A stretch of DNA of 59,529 bases, filler included. It is 6 parts of 6 records of this genome, joined end to end, with 100 filler letters (N's around TTAATTAATTAA, not from the genome) between each part and the next. Parts side by side here need not be neighbours in the genome. Positions count along the whole stretch, not along the records: positions 1 to 20,782 come from SRR31156797_53570; 5 more parts are not named here. One strand, written 5' to 3'. Numbering within the stretch: position 1 is the first letter of the stretch; every line of letters starts with the position of its first letter. Made by a program: the position numbers and the translations under genes. Positions 1-10,406 of this stretch are shown here, one piece after another. The notes beneath the pieces were generated by a model. It was not told where the DNA came from. It worked only from the letters and a program-made list of their open reading frames with translations, and made no database searches.

Positions 1-136
1 TAACTCCCGCTTGAAGTCAACCTCTTTTTTTAGGTTGCTGAAAAGTTCTTTTCAGCAATCAAAGGTCTGGAATTATTGAACAACTAGTATTCCTCTTCGA
101 GCTGTCCCGACGATGTTTTGTCTGGCACGGGGCGGG

Positions 137-165
137 AAACTACACTATCATTGTCGGCTCGTCAA
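137..165 (-). promoter_or_regulatory. sigma70 promoter of stable-RNA type (TTGACG-17nt-TAGTTT, GC-rich discriminator, AT-rich UP element) firing off the contig edge
   Basis: Minus strand reads TTGACG agccgacaatgatagtg TAGTTT cccgccccg. AT-rich tract at 170-193 lies upstream. A second -35-like TTGACT is at 15-20 (minus). Confidence 0.6.
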
Positions 166-337
166 TAACAATTTATATTTTACTTTTTAATTTAGGTAGA
201 GCTTGTGAAGCATGTTGGAATAACAATGTCTTTTATTATACATTTGCCTTGTACCAATGTTTTAGCTTAACATGGCCTTTGAACACAGTGGTTTTTCCTT
301 TATCTCAACGCATAACATTTTTTGATAACGCATCTTT

Positions 338-1768
338 ATGTCTAACCAAAAACATTTGTTACCTCTCATCCCAAATGTCAATGAGTGTCTTAATCAACTG
401 GCAACCATTCCCGAGGTGCAAGCAATACCTAGGGACCGAATTAAGAAATTAGTACGTGAATTTTTAGAACAAATAAGAGGGGGCATTCTTGCTAATAATG
501 ACCCCGGGCCACTTACTCTTGATTCCACCGGGATCCTCCCTCGTCTTTTACAATATATAAAAAAAGGGCATCGATACCACTTTAGGAAAGTCGTTAACGG
601 AACAGGGGTTATTATTCACACCAATTTAGGGAGATCGTTACTCCCTGATGCTACAATGGAATCGCTTTTCGCGGCTGGTTCTCGTTATAGTAATCTTGAG
701 TTTGATCTTGCCACCGGAAAACGAGGGAGTCGATATAGTCATATTGAAGGTATTCTTTGTGAACTCACAGGCGCAGAAGCTGCACTGGTTGTTAACAACA
801 ATGCCGCTGCCGTCCTTATTGTTTTAGAAACCCTTGCAAAAGGGAAAGAAGCAATTGTTTCCAGGGGCCAGCTTGTTGAAATAGGAGGGTCTTTTAGAAT
901 TCCTGATGTTATGGCCAGAAGCGGTGCGACTTTGGTTGAAGTGGGGGCCACAAACAGAACTCATTTAGCAGACTACCAAAAAGCCATTACTGAAGAAACA
1001 GGGGTGCTGCTAAAAGTACACTGCAGCAATTATCGTATAATAGGGTTTACCAGTGAAGTTGCAAATGAAACTTTAGCTACTCTTGGCAATGAGTACGGTA
1101 TACCTGTTGTAGAAGATCTTGGATCTGGCTCACTTATCGACTTAAGTCGTTTTGGTCTGGAGAAGGAGCCTACTGTACAGGAAGCAATCTCTTCAGGGGT
1201 GGACGTCGTTAGTTTTAGCGGGGATAAGCTTTTGGGGGGGCCGCAAGCAGGAATAATTGTTGGGCGAAAAAAATATATAGAGCAGATTAAGAAAAATCCA
1301 CTGAACAGAGCGCTGCGGATAGATAAATTTACACTTAGTGGGCTTGAATCTATTTTGCGATGTTATTTAGATGAAGAGAGAGCCATCTGTCAGATTCCGA
1401 CACTGTCGATGATTGCCGAATCCATAGATCGCGTACGGGAGAGGGCGGAAGCCTGCCTGTACCAGCTGAAAGGTATCTGTAGCAACACTTTTATCCTTGA
1501 AATTGTTGAGACTGCATCAAGAGTTGGCGGCGGAGCCATGCCTGAGCAGGGGGTCCCAAGCATTGCGATTGCCATCAAACCAAAATCGATTTCTGCCGCT
1601 CAATTGGAGAAAATATTACGTAAACAACCTATACCCATTATTGGCAGAGTTGAACATGAACGGCTGTTATTGGATATGCGTACTGTGGCTGAGGATGAGG
1701 TAGCACTTATTGTTGACTCACTTGCTGCCGTTATTAATGGACAGACAACACCCTCGGTGAGTATCTAA
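338..1768 (+). CDS. selA: L-seryl-tRNA(Sec) selenium transferase
   Basis: Motifs VVNGTGVIIHTNLGRS, YSNLEFDL..GKRGSR, VNNNAAAV, SRGQLVEIGGSFRIP, and PLP-lysine motif FSGDKLLGGPQAG. Confidence 0.97.
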   Translation: MSNQKHLLPLIPNVNECLNQLATIPEVQAIPRDRIKKLVREFLEQIRGGILANNDPGPLTLDSTGILPRLLQYIKKGHRYHFRKVVNGTGVIIHTNLGRSLLPDATMESLFAAGSRYSNLEFDLATGKRGSRYSHIEGILCELTGAEAALVVNNNAAAVLIVLETLAKGKEAIVSRGQLVEIGGSFRIPDVMARSGATLVEVGATNRTHLADYQKAITEETGVLLKVHCSNYRIIGFTSEVANETLATLGNEYGIPVVEDLGSGSLIDLSRFGLEKEPTVQEAISSGVDVVSFSGDKLLGGPQAGIIVGRKKYIEQIKKNPLNRALRIDKFTLSGLESILRCYLDEERAICQIPTLSMIAESIDRVRERAEACLYQLKGICSNTFILEIVETASRVGGGAMPEQGVPSIAIAIKPKSISAAQLEKILRKQPIPIIGRVEHERLLLDMRTVAEDEVALIVDSLAAVINGQTTPSVSI

Positions 1769-3873
1769 TGTTGTATTTCTTACCTCATAATCATGATGAG
1801 CTGGCAATAACCGATTTTTTTATATTGCAAGCTCCCTTTGCTCGGGTTGTTGAAGCGACTCTGCCTATCCCAGCTTCTGTTACCTTTGCGACCTTTCACA
1901 AAAATGAGCAACTGGCTTGTATTGGAGAACTCCTTTCACTTACCTCTAAGCAGATTGCGGACCTGAAAGATGTAACTGTTGCCACAAGAATGCGCGATTT
2001 TCTTATCGTACCACTAAACCTTGGGGCATCTGAAAACATAAGCGTGGTAATCAGTGTTGCTGATCCCGCATTGCTCGCAAAAATGTCTGATCAGTGGCTT
2101 TGTGAACTCCAGGTCTTACTGTTACAGCAGCTTACCTGTGAGCGAAAAATCTATATTGATCCTGAAACGGGGATGTATAATAAACGAGGATTGGTGCTGT
2201 TAAAAGATTTACAGCACGATGCCGCATCTTCTTTTGTGTTTATTCATACGGGAATGTCGAGTCGAGCAGTCTCTATAAACATGATTCGCTATCAACAGGT
2301 GACAGATTTATTGCAGGCAGTAGTACCCGGATTTCTTTTTTCCTGCGGACTTCAAGTGATTGGCGTCTTGTTTTTTGATATTTCTGCAGACAACGCTGCC
2401 AAGGCATGCAGACTGCTGCAAAAGCATCTTAAGCGCGAAGGTGTACGCAAGGTACAAGTGGGAATTGCATCAGGGTGTATTCAGGAGGATATAGTTGAAA
2501 CGGCATGGAATGCCCTGCTTATTGCTGAAAAACGTGGTCCCTTCGGAGTGTGTGATGCCAGGTCGCTTGTTGATCATCCTTTTTCCCTGCCTTCTGAACG
2601 GTTGCTAAAAAAAATGCAGAGGCGATGGCGGGGGTGTTCCCGGTTTGCAGTGGCAGTTTTTGCTTGGGAGATCCCTGCTAAAGATACGATGATGGAACAG
2701 GAGGCGATGGAGATCCTGGGAGGTAAGGGGGAATGTATTGGGAGTGAAAAGGGGCGTACATATGTATTCCTACCGTATAGTAACTCGTTTTCTTTAGCGG
2801 CAGTTGTAGAACATCTTAATAGTAAAAGGGATGCCGCACATGCGTTGCCCGTAAAAGAGATAGGGGCAGCAGAATGGCCGACACTGGCTTATTCAAAAAC
2901 ACAAACCCTTGTCAATTGTGCCAAGGCACTTATGCATGGCTCTTTTTTAGAGCCGGGGTCGGCGGTGGCCTTTAATCACTTAACATTGAATATAAGTGGT
3001 GATTATTATTTTGAAGATGGTGATTACTACGCCGCAGGAAAGGAATATCGTTATGGTCTGCAGCTGCTTCCCGGCAATATTAATCTGCTCAACAGTTTAG
3101 GCGTCACCATGGTTGAGTTTAATCAGTATGCCCGTGCTGCGGACTGTTTTAAGGCTGTTCTCCAGGAACATGAGGATGATCATATGGCCCTTGTAAATTT
3201 AGGGCTGGCCCAACAGGCTGTAGGGGCAAAGAAAGAGGCTATGGCTACTCTGGAAAAAGCAAGGCAGGTGATACCAGAGGGCGAAGCGGTAGGGGGAGAA
3301 CTTTTTCTACCGCTGGGCAGGTTATACACAGAGTTTGGTTTTTCCCAGAAGGCCATTGATGTATTGCTGCAGTGGTCTTCCAAGCCTGGCAGTGAAAAGG
3401 AATTTCTTCTTCATCGCCTGCTTGGCAAAAATTATTTTACAAAAGGCGACTATACAAAAGCTATTACTGCTTGCCAGCGAGCACTGCAGATATATCCGCA
3501 GGACAGTGTCAGTCTTAGTTTACTCGGTGCATTATATGTTGTTGAAAAACAGGGTGATGAGATAGGTCTGCGACTCTGTAAGCAGGCGGTAGAGCTTGAT
3601 CCTGCCAACCCTGATAATTTGTATCGGTTAGCTTTTGTTTATCTGCAGACAGCAAAATGGGGAGAGTCCAGAGATGCTGCAAACCTTTGCCTGCGACGTC
3701 TGCACAATCATGTGGATTGCGGTATCCTTGTGGCAAGACTGGACTGGAAGCAAGGGCGGAGCATCCAAGCCGAACGTCGGCTTAAACGACTGCAGAAAAA
3801 AAGTTCTATTACTGTCCGACAGGAGGAAGAAATCACACGGCATTTGAAAGAAATTACAGCCTGCACTCTGTAG
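1768..3873 (+). CDS. Degenerate GGDEF-like domain(s) plus C-terminal TPR-repeat protein
   Basis: IDPETGMYNKRG resembles the DPLTGLYNRR entry motif of GGDEF domains, but no GG(D/E)EF motif follows. The C-terminal ~300 aa show TPR patterns (LLNSLGVTMV, ALVNLGLAQ, LLGKNYF..GDY..AI). Start overlaps the selA stop (TAATG). Confidence 0.7.
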   Translation: MLYFLPHNHDELAITDFFILQAPFARVVEATLPIPASVTFATFHKNEQLACIGELLSLTSKQIADLKDVTVATRMRDFLIVPLNLGASENISVVISVADPALLAKMSDQWLCELQVLLLQQLTCERKIYIDPETGMYNKRGLVLLKDLQHDAASSFVFIHTGMSSRAVSINMIRYQQVTDLLQAVVPGFLFSCGLQVIGVLFFDISADNAAKACRLLQKHLKREGVRKVQVGIASGCIQEDIVETAWNALLIAEKRGPFGVCDARSLVDHPFSLPSERLLKKMQRRWRGCSRFAVAVFAWEIPAKDTMMEQEAMEILGGKGECIGSEKGRTYVFLPYSNSFSLAAVVEHLNSKRDAAHALPVKEIGAAEWPTLAYSKTQTLVNCAKALMHGSFLEPGSAVAFNHLTLNISGDYYFEDGDYYAAGKEYRYGLQLLPGNINLLNSLGVTMVEFNQYARAADCFKAVLQEHEDDHMALVNLGLAQQAVGAKKEAMATLEKARQVIPEGEAVGGELFLPLGRLYTEFGFSQKAIDVLLQWSSKPGSEKEFLLHRLLGKNYFTKGDYTKAITACQRALQIYPQDSVSLSLLGALYVVEKQGDEIGLRLCKQAVELDPANPDNLYRLAFVYLQTAKWGESRDAANLCLRRLHNHVDCGILVARLDWKQGRSIQAERRLKRLQKKSSITVRQEEEITRHLKEITACTL

Positions 3874-3884
3874 GGAGGCGATCA

Positions 3885-4559
3885 ATGAAAAAACATCAGG
3901 TAAAAAGGGAGAATCAATACTGCCTCGATAATATGGAGCGGGGTGACTCTTGGAGAATGTTTCGTATTCTGTCAGAGTTTGTGGAGGGGTTTGATACTCT
4001 TTCCGGGTTGCGTCAACCTGCAGTTACTATCTATGGGTCAGCGCGCACAATTGAAGAGGATCCTTATTACCAAAAGGCCAGAGAACTGGCTGCAAAATTA
4101 GCTGGTCTCGGTTATGGCGTCATAACGGGAGGAGGACCCGGGATTATGGAGGCTGCCAACCGGGGTGCCATGGATGTGGATGGGCTCTCCGTAGGGTTGA
4201 ATATCGATTTACCCCATGAGCAAGATTGTAATCCATACGTGAATTTACCGCTGGATTTCCGCTATTTTTTTGTTCGTAAAGTTATGTTTATGAAATACTC
4301 GATGGCTTTTATTTGTATGCCTGGTGGGTTTGGTTCTCTTGATGAACTGTTTGAGTCATTGACGTTGATACAGACACGTAAAATAAAACCGTTTCCGATA
4401 ATTCTCTTTGGTTCCGAATTTTGGGGTGGACTCGTAGACTGGCTGCAGGACCAGGCATTGGGTGGCGGGAAAATCGAAAATGATGATTTATTATTGTTTG
4501 AAGTTATGGATAACGTAGATGATGTGGTACGATATGTCCGTAACGCATTGGTTTCTTAG
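3885..4559 (+). CDS. LOG family (TIGR00730) nucleotide phosphoribohydrolase, Rossmann fold
   Basis: VTIYGSAR, ITGGGPGIMEAANRGA, FRYFFVRKVMF, PGGFGSLDE. Confidence 0.92.
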   Translation: MKKHQVKRENQYCLDNMERGDSWRMFRILSEFVEGFDTLSGLRQPAVTIYGSARTIEEDPYYQKARELAAKLAGLGYGVITGGGPGIMEAANRGAMDVDGLSVGLNIDLPHEQDCNPYVNLPLDFRYFFVRKVMFMKYSMAFICMPGGFGSLDELFESLTLIQTRKIKPFPIILFGSEFWGGLVDWLQDQALGGGKIENDDLLLFEVMDNVDDVVRYVRNALVS

Positions 4560-4597
4560 TTGAAATACAACCTGAATGCTGGTGGAAGGAGTAATAT

Positions 4598-5680
4598 ATG
4601 GCTCAGATTGACGCATTTTTTAAACTTATGAACGATGAAGGTGCCTCGGATTTGCATGTAATGGCTGGCCAGCAGCCGGTATTGCGTATCCGCGGTGATA
4701 TGGAGCGGGTCAAGTTTAAGACTTTGGAAAACGAAACACTTAAACAGATGCTGTATGAGATTTGTCCAGAAGATAAGATTAAGATCTTTGAAGAGACCGG
4801 GGATATGGATTTTGGGTATGAAATACCCGGCCTGGCACGCTACAGATGTAATTTTTTTCAACAGAAATACGGAATCGGCGCAGTCTTTCGTGAAATTCCA
4901 AGCGAAATTATGACCTGTGATCAACTGGGATTGCCAAAGGTTATCTCAAAACTTGCTACTTTGCCAAAAGGCTTGGTTCTTGTAACTGGCCCCACTGGTT
5001 CTGGTAAGTCGACAACCCTTGCGGCCATACTGGATGAGTGTAATAAAATCAGAAAAGATCATATCCTCACCATCGAAGATCCCATCGAGTTTGTCCATAA
5101 ATCGCAGCAATGTGTCATTAATCATCGTGAAGTTGGGACCCATACCAAATCTTTTACAGCTGCACTCAGAGGGGCACTTCGTGAGGACCCGGATATTATT
5201 CTGGTAGGTGAGCTTCGAGATTTGGAAACCATAACCCTGGCCATGGAAGCATCCATGACAGGTCATCTTGTTTTTGGAACCCTGCATACCATGAATGCAA
5301 TGAAAACCGTTGACCGTGTGGTTGAGGTCTTTCCTGCTAATCAGCAGGGGCAGGTTCGATCAACTCTGGCAGATGCCTTAAAGGCTGTGGTCTCACAGAC
5401 TTTGTTTAAACGAGTGGATATAAAAGGACGGGTAGCTGCTTTGGAAGTTTTGATATGTACTCCAGCGGTTCGTAACCTTGTGAGGGAAGCAAAGACCTTC
5501 CAGATTCCTTCCATCATGCAAACAGGGAAAAAATATGGCATGCAAACTCTTGATGATGCCATCCTCGAACTCTTGCAAAAGAAGAAAATCAGTGCAGAAG
5601 ATGCCTATACAAACTGTAACGAAAAACAGAAGTTTGTGAAATTTCTGAGAAAGGCACCTGTTGATTTTACGGAAATATGA
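4598..5680 (+). CDS. pilT: Type IV pilus retraction ATPase PilT
   Basis: ASDLH, Walker A GPTGSGKST, TIEDPIEF, ALREDPDIILVGELRD, GTLHT, AVRNLVRE (AIRNLIRE-like). Confidence 0.93.
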   Translation: MAQIDAFFKLMNDEGASDLHVMAGQQPVLRIRGDMERVKFKTLENETLKQMLYEICPEDKIKIFEETGDMDFGYEIPGLARYRCNFFQQKYGIGAVFREIPSEIMTCDQLGLPKVISKLATLPKGLVLVTGPTGSGKSTTLAAILDECNKIRKDHILTIEDPIEFVHKSQQCVINHREVGTHTKSFTAALRGALREDPDIILVGELRDLETITLAMEASMTGHLVFGTLHTMNAMKTVDRVVEVFPANQQGQVRSTLADALKAVVSQTLFKRVDIKGRVAALEVLICTPAVRNLVREAKTFQIPSIMQTGKKYGMQTLDDAILELLQKKKISAEDAYTNCNEKQKFVKFLRKAPVDFTEI

Positions 5681-5699
5681 TATCTTGGGCAGGTAGAAT

Positions 5700-6209
5700 T
5701 TATTCCTGCCTGCCATTTGTCTGGATACATTCAGCCAAGAGCTTTTTTTGCACCTGAGTAAGGTTAAGAAACCGGGCGCCTTTGATTGGCTGGATCTCAG
5801 CAGAGGTTCGAGCAGGGGTTTTCTCGGAAGGGGAGACAATTTCCACTGGCAGTTGATCTATCCCTGTGCCGGTATTGCAGTTAAAAATATCAACCCGTAA
5901 GGTCTTGCTATCAGGCAGGCAGCAACTGAGGCTGTCAAAACTGATACCCCCTTGGCTAATGTTTTTTATGCGGGCAAACTGCGGAGTGTCGCCAGGTATG
6001 CGCAGTAAAAAGGAAGCAGGGAGTGCGAACCTGTTGTGCCTCCGTTGTTCGGCAGATATGGTGCATAGGCCATAGGAGATGAGCCGCTGCCCACATTCAG
6101 TACACACCAGCGGAGAGGCAAAAGAAGTGCGCTCCACCCATGAGTTTTGTCCTCTGGTTATCATCTTTTTTCCGCCACAGCACGGACATTTTTTACCCAA
6201 GCATACCAT
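5700..6209 (-). CDS. Zn-ribbon plus PilZ domain protein (candidate c-di-GMP receptor)
   Basis: CPCC...CTEC pairs at the N-terminus; PilZ motifs EQRRHNR (RxxxR) and NISQGG (D/NxSxxG). Confidence 0.75.
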   Translation of the reverse strand: MVCLGKKCPCCGGKKMITRGQNSWVERTSFASPLVCTECGQRLISYGLCTISAEQRRHNRFALPASFLLRIPGDTPQFARIKNISQGGISFDSLSCCLPDSKTLRVDIFNCNTGTGIDQLPVEIVSPSEKTPARTSAEIQPIKGARFLNLTQVQKKLLAECIQTNGRQE

Positions 6210-6313
6210 TTTTTAAGACTCCAACATTGATGGTCGAACGACGTGGAGGCTGAAAATATTGCATGCAGTAATAAATTTCAAGCAATTAAGAGCCTAAAAG
6301 GATGTAACCGTCA

Positions 6314-8869
6314 CTAATCTTCTATTGTAAATTCTATTTTTTCCCCTGAATAAGTACAGATCTGTAATGAGTTTCCATTGGTAGTGCAGGTAATAGTACC
6401 GTCTGAGGCGGTTATGAAAACTGGTATTTTTTGTTTCTCCCAGTGTTTTATATGCTGGCTGTGCGGGTGTATGCCTTTTCTTGAGGCTCCTGACGAAACG
6501 AGAATTAACCGTGGATGAGTTGTCTCGATAAAAGCTGTGCTGCTTGAGGTAATACTTCCGTGATGAGATGCCAGAAGAACATCTACTGTAAGGCCCTGGT
6601 GGTGATTCAGTAATATTTTTTCTGCTACTGCAGGTATGTCACCAGGAAAGAGAAAAGATCTGGAACCATGATATAGAAGAAATACCAGACTCTGTTCATT
6701 GGAAGACCACTGTTTATGAGTATCTAGTAGACCTCTCATTCCAAGGCATGATAATGAATATTGTTCGGTGGCCGAAATGATATCGTTAGTAGTTCCTTTT
6801 ATAATGTTAATGTTTTGTTGTTTTGCTACGGAAAGGAGATATTGGTAAGGCTTGTCATCTCTTTCTGCCTGTCCGTTGATGTAGAGAGTGTCAGGTGAAA
6901 ATTGCCGCAGCAAGAATGGGATACCGTTAAAATGGTCGGAATCCGGATGGGAGATGAGAATACTATCAAGGTGCCAGATTCGCTGTTTACGTAGAAAAGG
7001 AGCAATTACGCTTCTGCCGATATTAAACCGTTTAGAGTGTGTTCCCCCGCCATCAATGAGGATGTTTTTTCCATCAGGTAGCTGCAGCACAGTAGCATTT
7101 CCTTGACCAATGTCCAGGTAATGGATTGTGGTTTCCTTGCTGTGACGAGGAAGCCAGAAAGAAGAGGTGAATGAAAGCACGAGCAGGGATGATATGCCTG
7201 CTACACCGACAGCCCCGAAAGAGTATCTCTGGCGGAGGCCACCTTGTAAGCATAAGGCAATGATTACATAATAGAGAACAATTTCGTAATATGTCGGGGT
7301 GATGGTCCATAATGATGAATATGGGAAAAGGGTCACTGCTGCAGCACTTTTTTCTGCCAGCCATAGACCTGCCTGACCAACTTTTAGAATCCAGAGCGCC
7401 AAGTCAGGAGCAGGCAGCATAAAGGGAATGGCAATTAGCCCAGCAGGAAGTGCCCATAGACAGAGAAGCGGCTCCAGCAGCAGGTTCATAAGTGGGCCGA
7501 CAAGCGATATTTGATTAAAGTGAAAAAGCATTATAGGGATAGTGCCAACGGTCGCTGCACAGGAGACAATAATGAGAGAGAGAGTGAGCTTGCTCAGTGG
7601 AAATCGTTTGTCTTTTTCCAGTTGTTTTTTACCAGAAGTGAGTGACAATTTCGGCAAGATGACAGCAATGGCAATAATGGCAGCAAAGGAAAGCTGAAAC
7701 GAGGCTGTTGCGAGGGAAAGTGGTTTGTAGCAAAGCATTAATAAGGCTGCCGCAGCAATCAGGTGAATCAGGTTTCTACTTCTTCTGATAAGAAGTGCAT
7801 ACAGGGTTAATGCGGCCATGAGAAATGCCCGTAGGACCGGAGCGTTTGCCCCGGCGATTAAGCAGTAAATGAAGAGGAGAGGGAGTGTCAGGCACACAGC
7901 CAGGGTTGGGACATGGGTATGGAGAAGCAGCCATTGTGAGCGCTTACCTATAAAAGTAAGCAAAAGTACTGTTATCCCTCCTAAAAGTCCCAAGTGGAGC
8001 CCTGAAATAGCAAGCAAATGCATCGTGCCTGCATTTTTGAAATGTTCAATAATTACCAGGGGAATATTGCCTCGGTAGCCAATGAGAAGGGCTTGGTACA
8101 GGCCGCAGGTTGTCCTATCTAAATGGGCATATAGGAAATTTGCAATTTCCTGTCGGATGCGTTGCGGCGTGAAACGTATCTTTTCCCACAGAGATGAGTT
8201 GCTACCTGCCAGGTGAAGAATCCCTGCTGATGATTTGATCCATCCGGTTGTATAGAGTCCTTTTTCTGCGAGATAGAACTTGTAGTTAAATGCTCCCGGC
8301 GTCTTGAAATTTCTAGGCGGAGAAAGCGTGGCAATAGCCATTATTTTCATACCCGGCTGAAACTCACCAGTCAGGTCATGCCTGGTTGCCAACTGCAGCT
8401 TCCCGTATGTTGCATGAAACTTTGTGGGCTGTTCATTCGATAAGTGAGGTAAAATTTCTTCTGCCACCATGGTGAATTTGCTCTTTTCCCCATTATATTC
8501 AACCATGGTATTAATGGTGCCAACTATTGTTGCTTCTTGGCTTTTGGTAATCAGGTTGGCGATGTGGTTTTCTGAACGAGGCCCTTTGAGTGCATGACTG
8601 GTGAACGTGATGCCAAGGAGAAAGAAAAGTACAACACAGGCAATGGGTCCATAATACAAGCGTAATTGTCTGGAAAAATAGAGACCTAGTAAGGGAGGGG
8701 AAAGGCAATATGGCAGGAGAAGGAGTGAACGGTCTAGGAGGGGAAGTGCAAGAGTAAAAGCAGAACCGGCTATATAACCGATAGTAACCAATGGAAGAAG
8801 GTTATCGGAAAGTACCCGATTGAAAGCAACTGGCAAATAATGACCTCCTTTTTTGTAATTCTTCATCAT
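6314..8869 (-). CDS. comEC: DNA internalization competence protein ComEC/Rec2
   Basis: HLLAISGLH, RAFLM, SFQLSF; C-terminal MBL-fold motifs LDIGQGNA, ILIDGGG, ISHPDSDH, LFPGD, SHHGS. Confidence 0.95.
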   Translation of the reverse strand: MMKNYKKGGHYLPVAFNRVLSDNLLPLVTIGYIAGSAFTLALPLLDRSLLLLPYCLSPPLLGLYFSRQLRLYYGPIACVVLFFLLGITFTSHALKGPRSENHIANLITKSQEATIVGTINTMVEYNGEKSKFTMVAEEILPHLSNEQPTKFHATYGKLQLATRHDLTGEFQPGMKIMAIATLSPPRNFKTPGAFNYKFYLAEKGLYTTGWIKSSAGILHLAGSNSSLWEKIRFTPQRIRQEIANFLYAHLDRTTCGLYQALLIGYRGNIPLVIIEHFKNAGTMHLLAISGLHLGLLGGITVLLLTFIGKRSQWLLLHTHVPTLAVCLTLPLLFIYCLIAGANAPVLRAFLMAALTLYALLIRRSRNLIHLIAAAALLMLCYKPLSLATASFQLSFAAIIAIAVILPKLSLTSGKKQLEKDKRFPLSKLTLSLIIVSCAATVGTIPIMLFHFNQISLVGPLMNLLLEPLLCLWALPAGLIAIPFMLPAPDLALWILKVGQAGLWLAEKSAAAVTLFPYSSLWTITPTYYEIVLYYVIIALCLQGGLRQRYSFGAVGVAGISSLLVLSFTSSFWLPRHSKETTIHYLDIGQGNATVLQLPDGKNILIDGGGTHSKRFNIGRSVIAPFLRKQRIWHLDSILISHPDSDHFNGIPFLLRQFSPDTLYINGQAERDDKPYQYLLSVAKQQNINIIKGTTNDIISATEQYSLSCLGMRGLLDTHKQWSSNEQSLVFLLYHGSRSFLFPGDIPAVAEKILLNHHQGLTVDVLLASHHGSITSSSTAFIETTHPRLILVSSGASRKGIHPHSQHIKHWEKQKIPVFITASDGTITCTTNGNSLQICTYSGEKIEFTIED

Positions 8870-9001
8870 ATATGCACTAATTCATATATGCAAAATATAG
8901 CATGCCTGTGGGTGGCCATCTGAGAACTTGCCGAAGAATTACATTTCGTAGTAGTTCAGGGGTTCTATTCTTTTAGCTGTATAGGTTTGTTTTTTAATTG
9001 C

Positions 9002-10324
9002 TTATCTTTGTTCAGGGGGAAGTAAACCTCTTAATACATCCAAGTGGCGTCTGACCACGCCCTGGTTGTCGCGGACCCATTCTCTGGCCAGCCTCCCTTT
9101 TTCTTTTCGATAGGAAGTGTTGGTGAAAATGTTCTTAAGAGATTCTTGTAATGCTGCCTCTCCATCAACCTGTATTCCTCCTCCACAATTGACCAGCTCC
9201 GCTGCAATTTCTGAAAAATCCTCCATGTGGATGCCGAAAAGAACAGGGGCTCCGAACACCGCTGCCTCTAAAGGGTTGTGTCCTCCTCTAGCAACAAGGC
9301 TGCCTCCGATAAAGGCTGCATCTGCCACTTGATAAACACCAGCTAGTTCACCTAGTGTGTCCAGTATAAGGACGTCGTAAATTATAGGCTGTGGAAGAGT
9401 GCTTTTTTTCAAACAACGAAAATTGTAGGTTTGCGCCAGAGAAAGGAGTTCGTTGCTTCGCGCTATGTCTCTGGGAGCAACGATCAGTTGCAGTTTGGGG
9501 ATAACATCTTTGAGCTTTTTAAATATATTAAAGAGAATCGTTTCTTCACCCTCATGGGTAGAGCCGCATATCAAAACCATGGCATCCGGTAGTAATCCAT
9601 AACGTTTTTTTAACTGAGATGGATTCACATTTGGCAGGGGATCAGACAGAAGGAGAGTGTCTAGCTTTAAATTTCCTAAAGTATGGATTTTAGCAGAAGG
9701 TATTCCCAGTTGTTCCATATTTTGACAATCTTCGTCAGTCTGCATGCTCAGGGCGGTGAAGCCCGAAAAAAGAGGCCTGAAAAACCAGGGAAATCGGTTG
9801 TATCTTTTAAACGACTCATGTGAAATGCGGCCATTGACTAGCATCGTTGGTATGGACTTTTGGTTGAGAAGGAAAAGCCAGTTTGGCCAGAAATCTGTTT
9901 CTGTTAATATAAATATATCTGGCTGAATTGAGTGGATAAAAGATTGTATCGTCAGCGGGAAATCCAGCGGTGCGGGAATTACTGTCTCTACGTAAGGTTT
10001 GACAATATCTTCGGCGAGAGCTTGCCCTGAACGAGTGGTCGTTGAGAATATTATTATTGCATCTGGATATTTCTCTCGTATGCCTTTAACCAGGGGAAGG
10101 GCGGAAGTAGTTTCACCTACCGACAGGGCATGTACCCAGATAGTTTGTTTTTTAGGGCTAGGGGGGCGTTGATGGGTGACAGAGAGACCCCATCCCAAAC
10201 GTTTGCCGATTCGTGCCCTGTATTTTTGCTTTAAGAGAACAACCAAAACCAGCAGTGGTAGAAGCAACAGACCACCAGTTATCATAACTAGATTGTAGAG
10301 CAGAATGGTACAGTATTGGATCAA
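9002..10324 (-). CDS. waaA: 3-deoxy-D-manno-octulosonic acid (Kdo) transferase
   Basis: IWVHALSVGE, ETDFWPN, LVNGRIS, GNLK, GSTHEGEE, DTLGEL, GGSL..RGGHNPLE. Confidence 0.95.
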   Translation of the reverse strand: MIQYCTILLYNLVMITGGLLLLPLLVLVVLLKQKYRARIGKRLGWGLSVTHQRPPSPKKQTIWVHALSVGETTSALPLVKGIREKYPDAIIIFSTTTRSGQALAEDIVKPYVETVIPAPLDFPLTIQSFIHSIQPDIFILTETDFWPNWLFLLNQKSIPTMLVNGRISHESFKRYNRFPWFFRPLFSGFTALSMQTDEDCQNMEQLGIPSAKIHTLGNLKLDTLLLSDPLPNVNPSQLKKRYGLLPDAMVLICGSTHEGEETILFNIFKKLKDVIPKLQLIVAPRDIARSNELLSLAQTYNFRCLKKSTLPQPIIYDVLILDTLGELAGVYQVADAAFIGGSLVARGGHNPLEAAVFGAPVLFGIHMEDFSEIAAELVNCGGGIQVDGEAALQESLKNIFTNTSYRKEKGRLAREWVRDNQGVVRRHLDVLRGLLPPEQR

Positions 10325-10406
10325 TTACAATTCCTTGAAAGAGGGGGGAGTTGTGGTATGTCTGCAGGGCCGTTACTGTTTGGTCAAGAACTTGAGGCAG
10401 GTAAGG

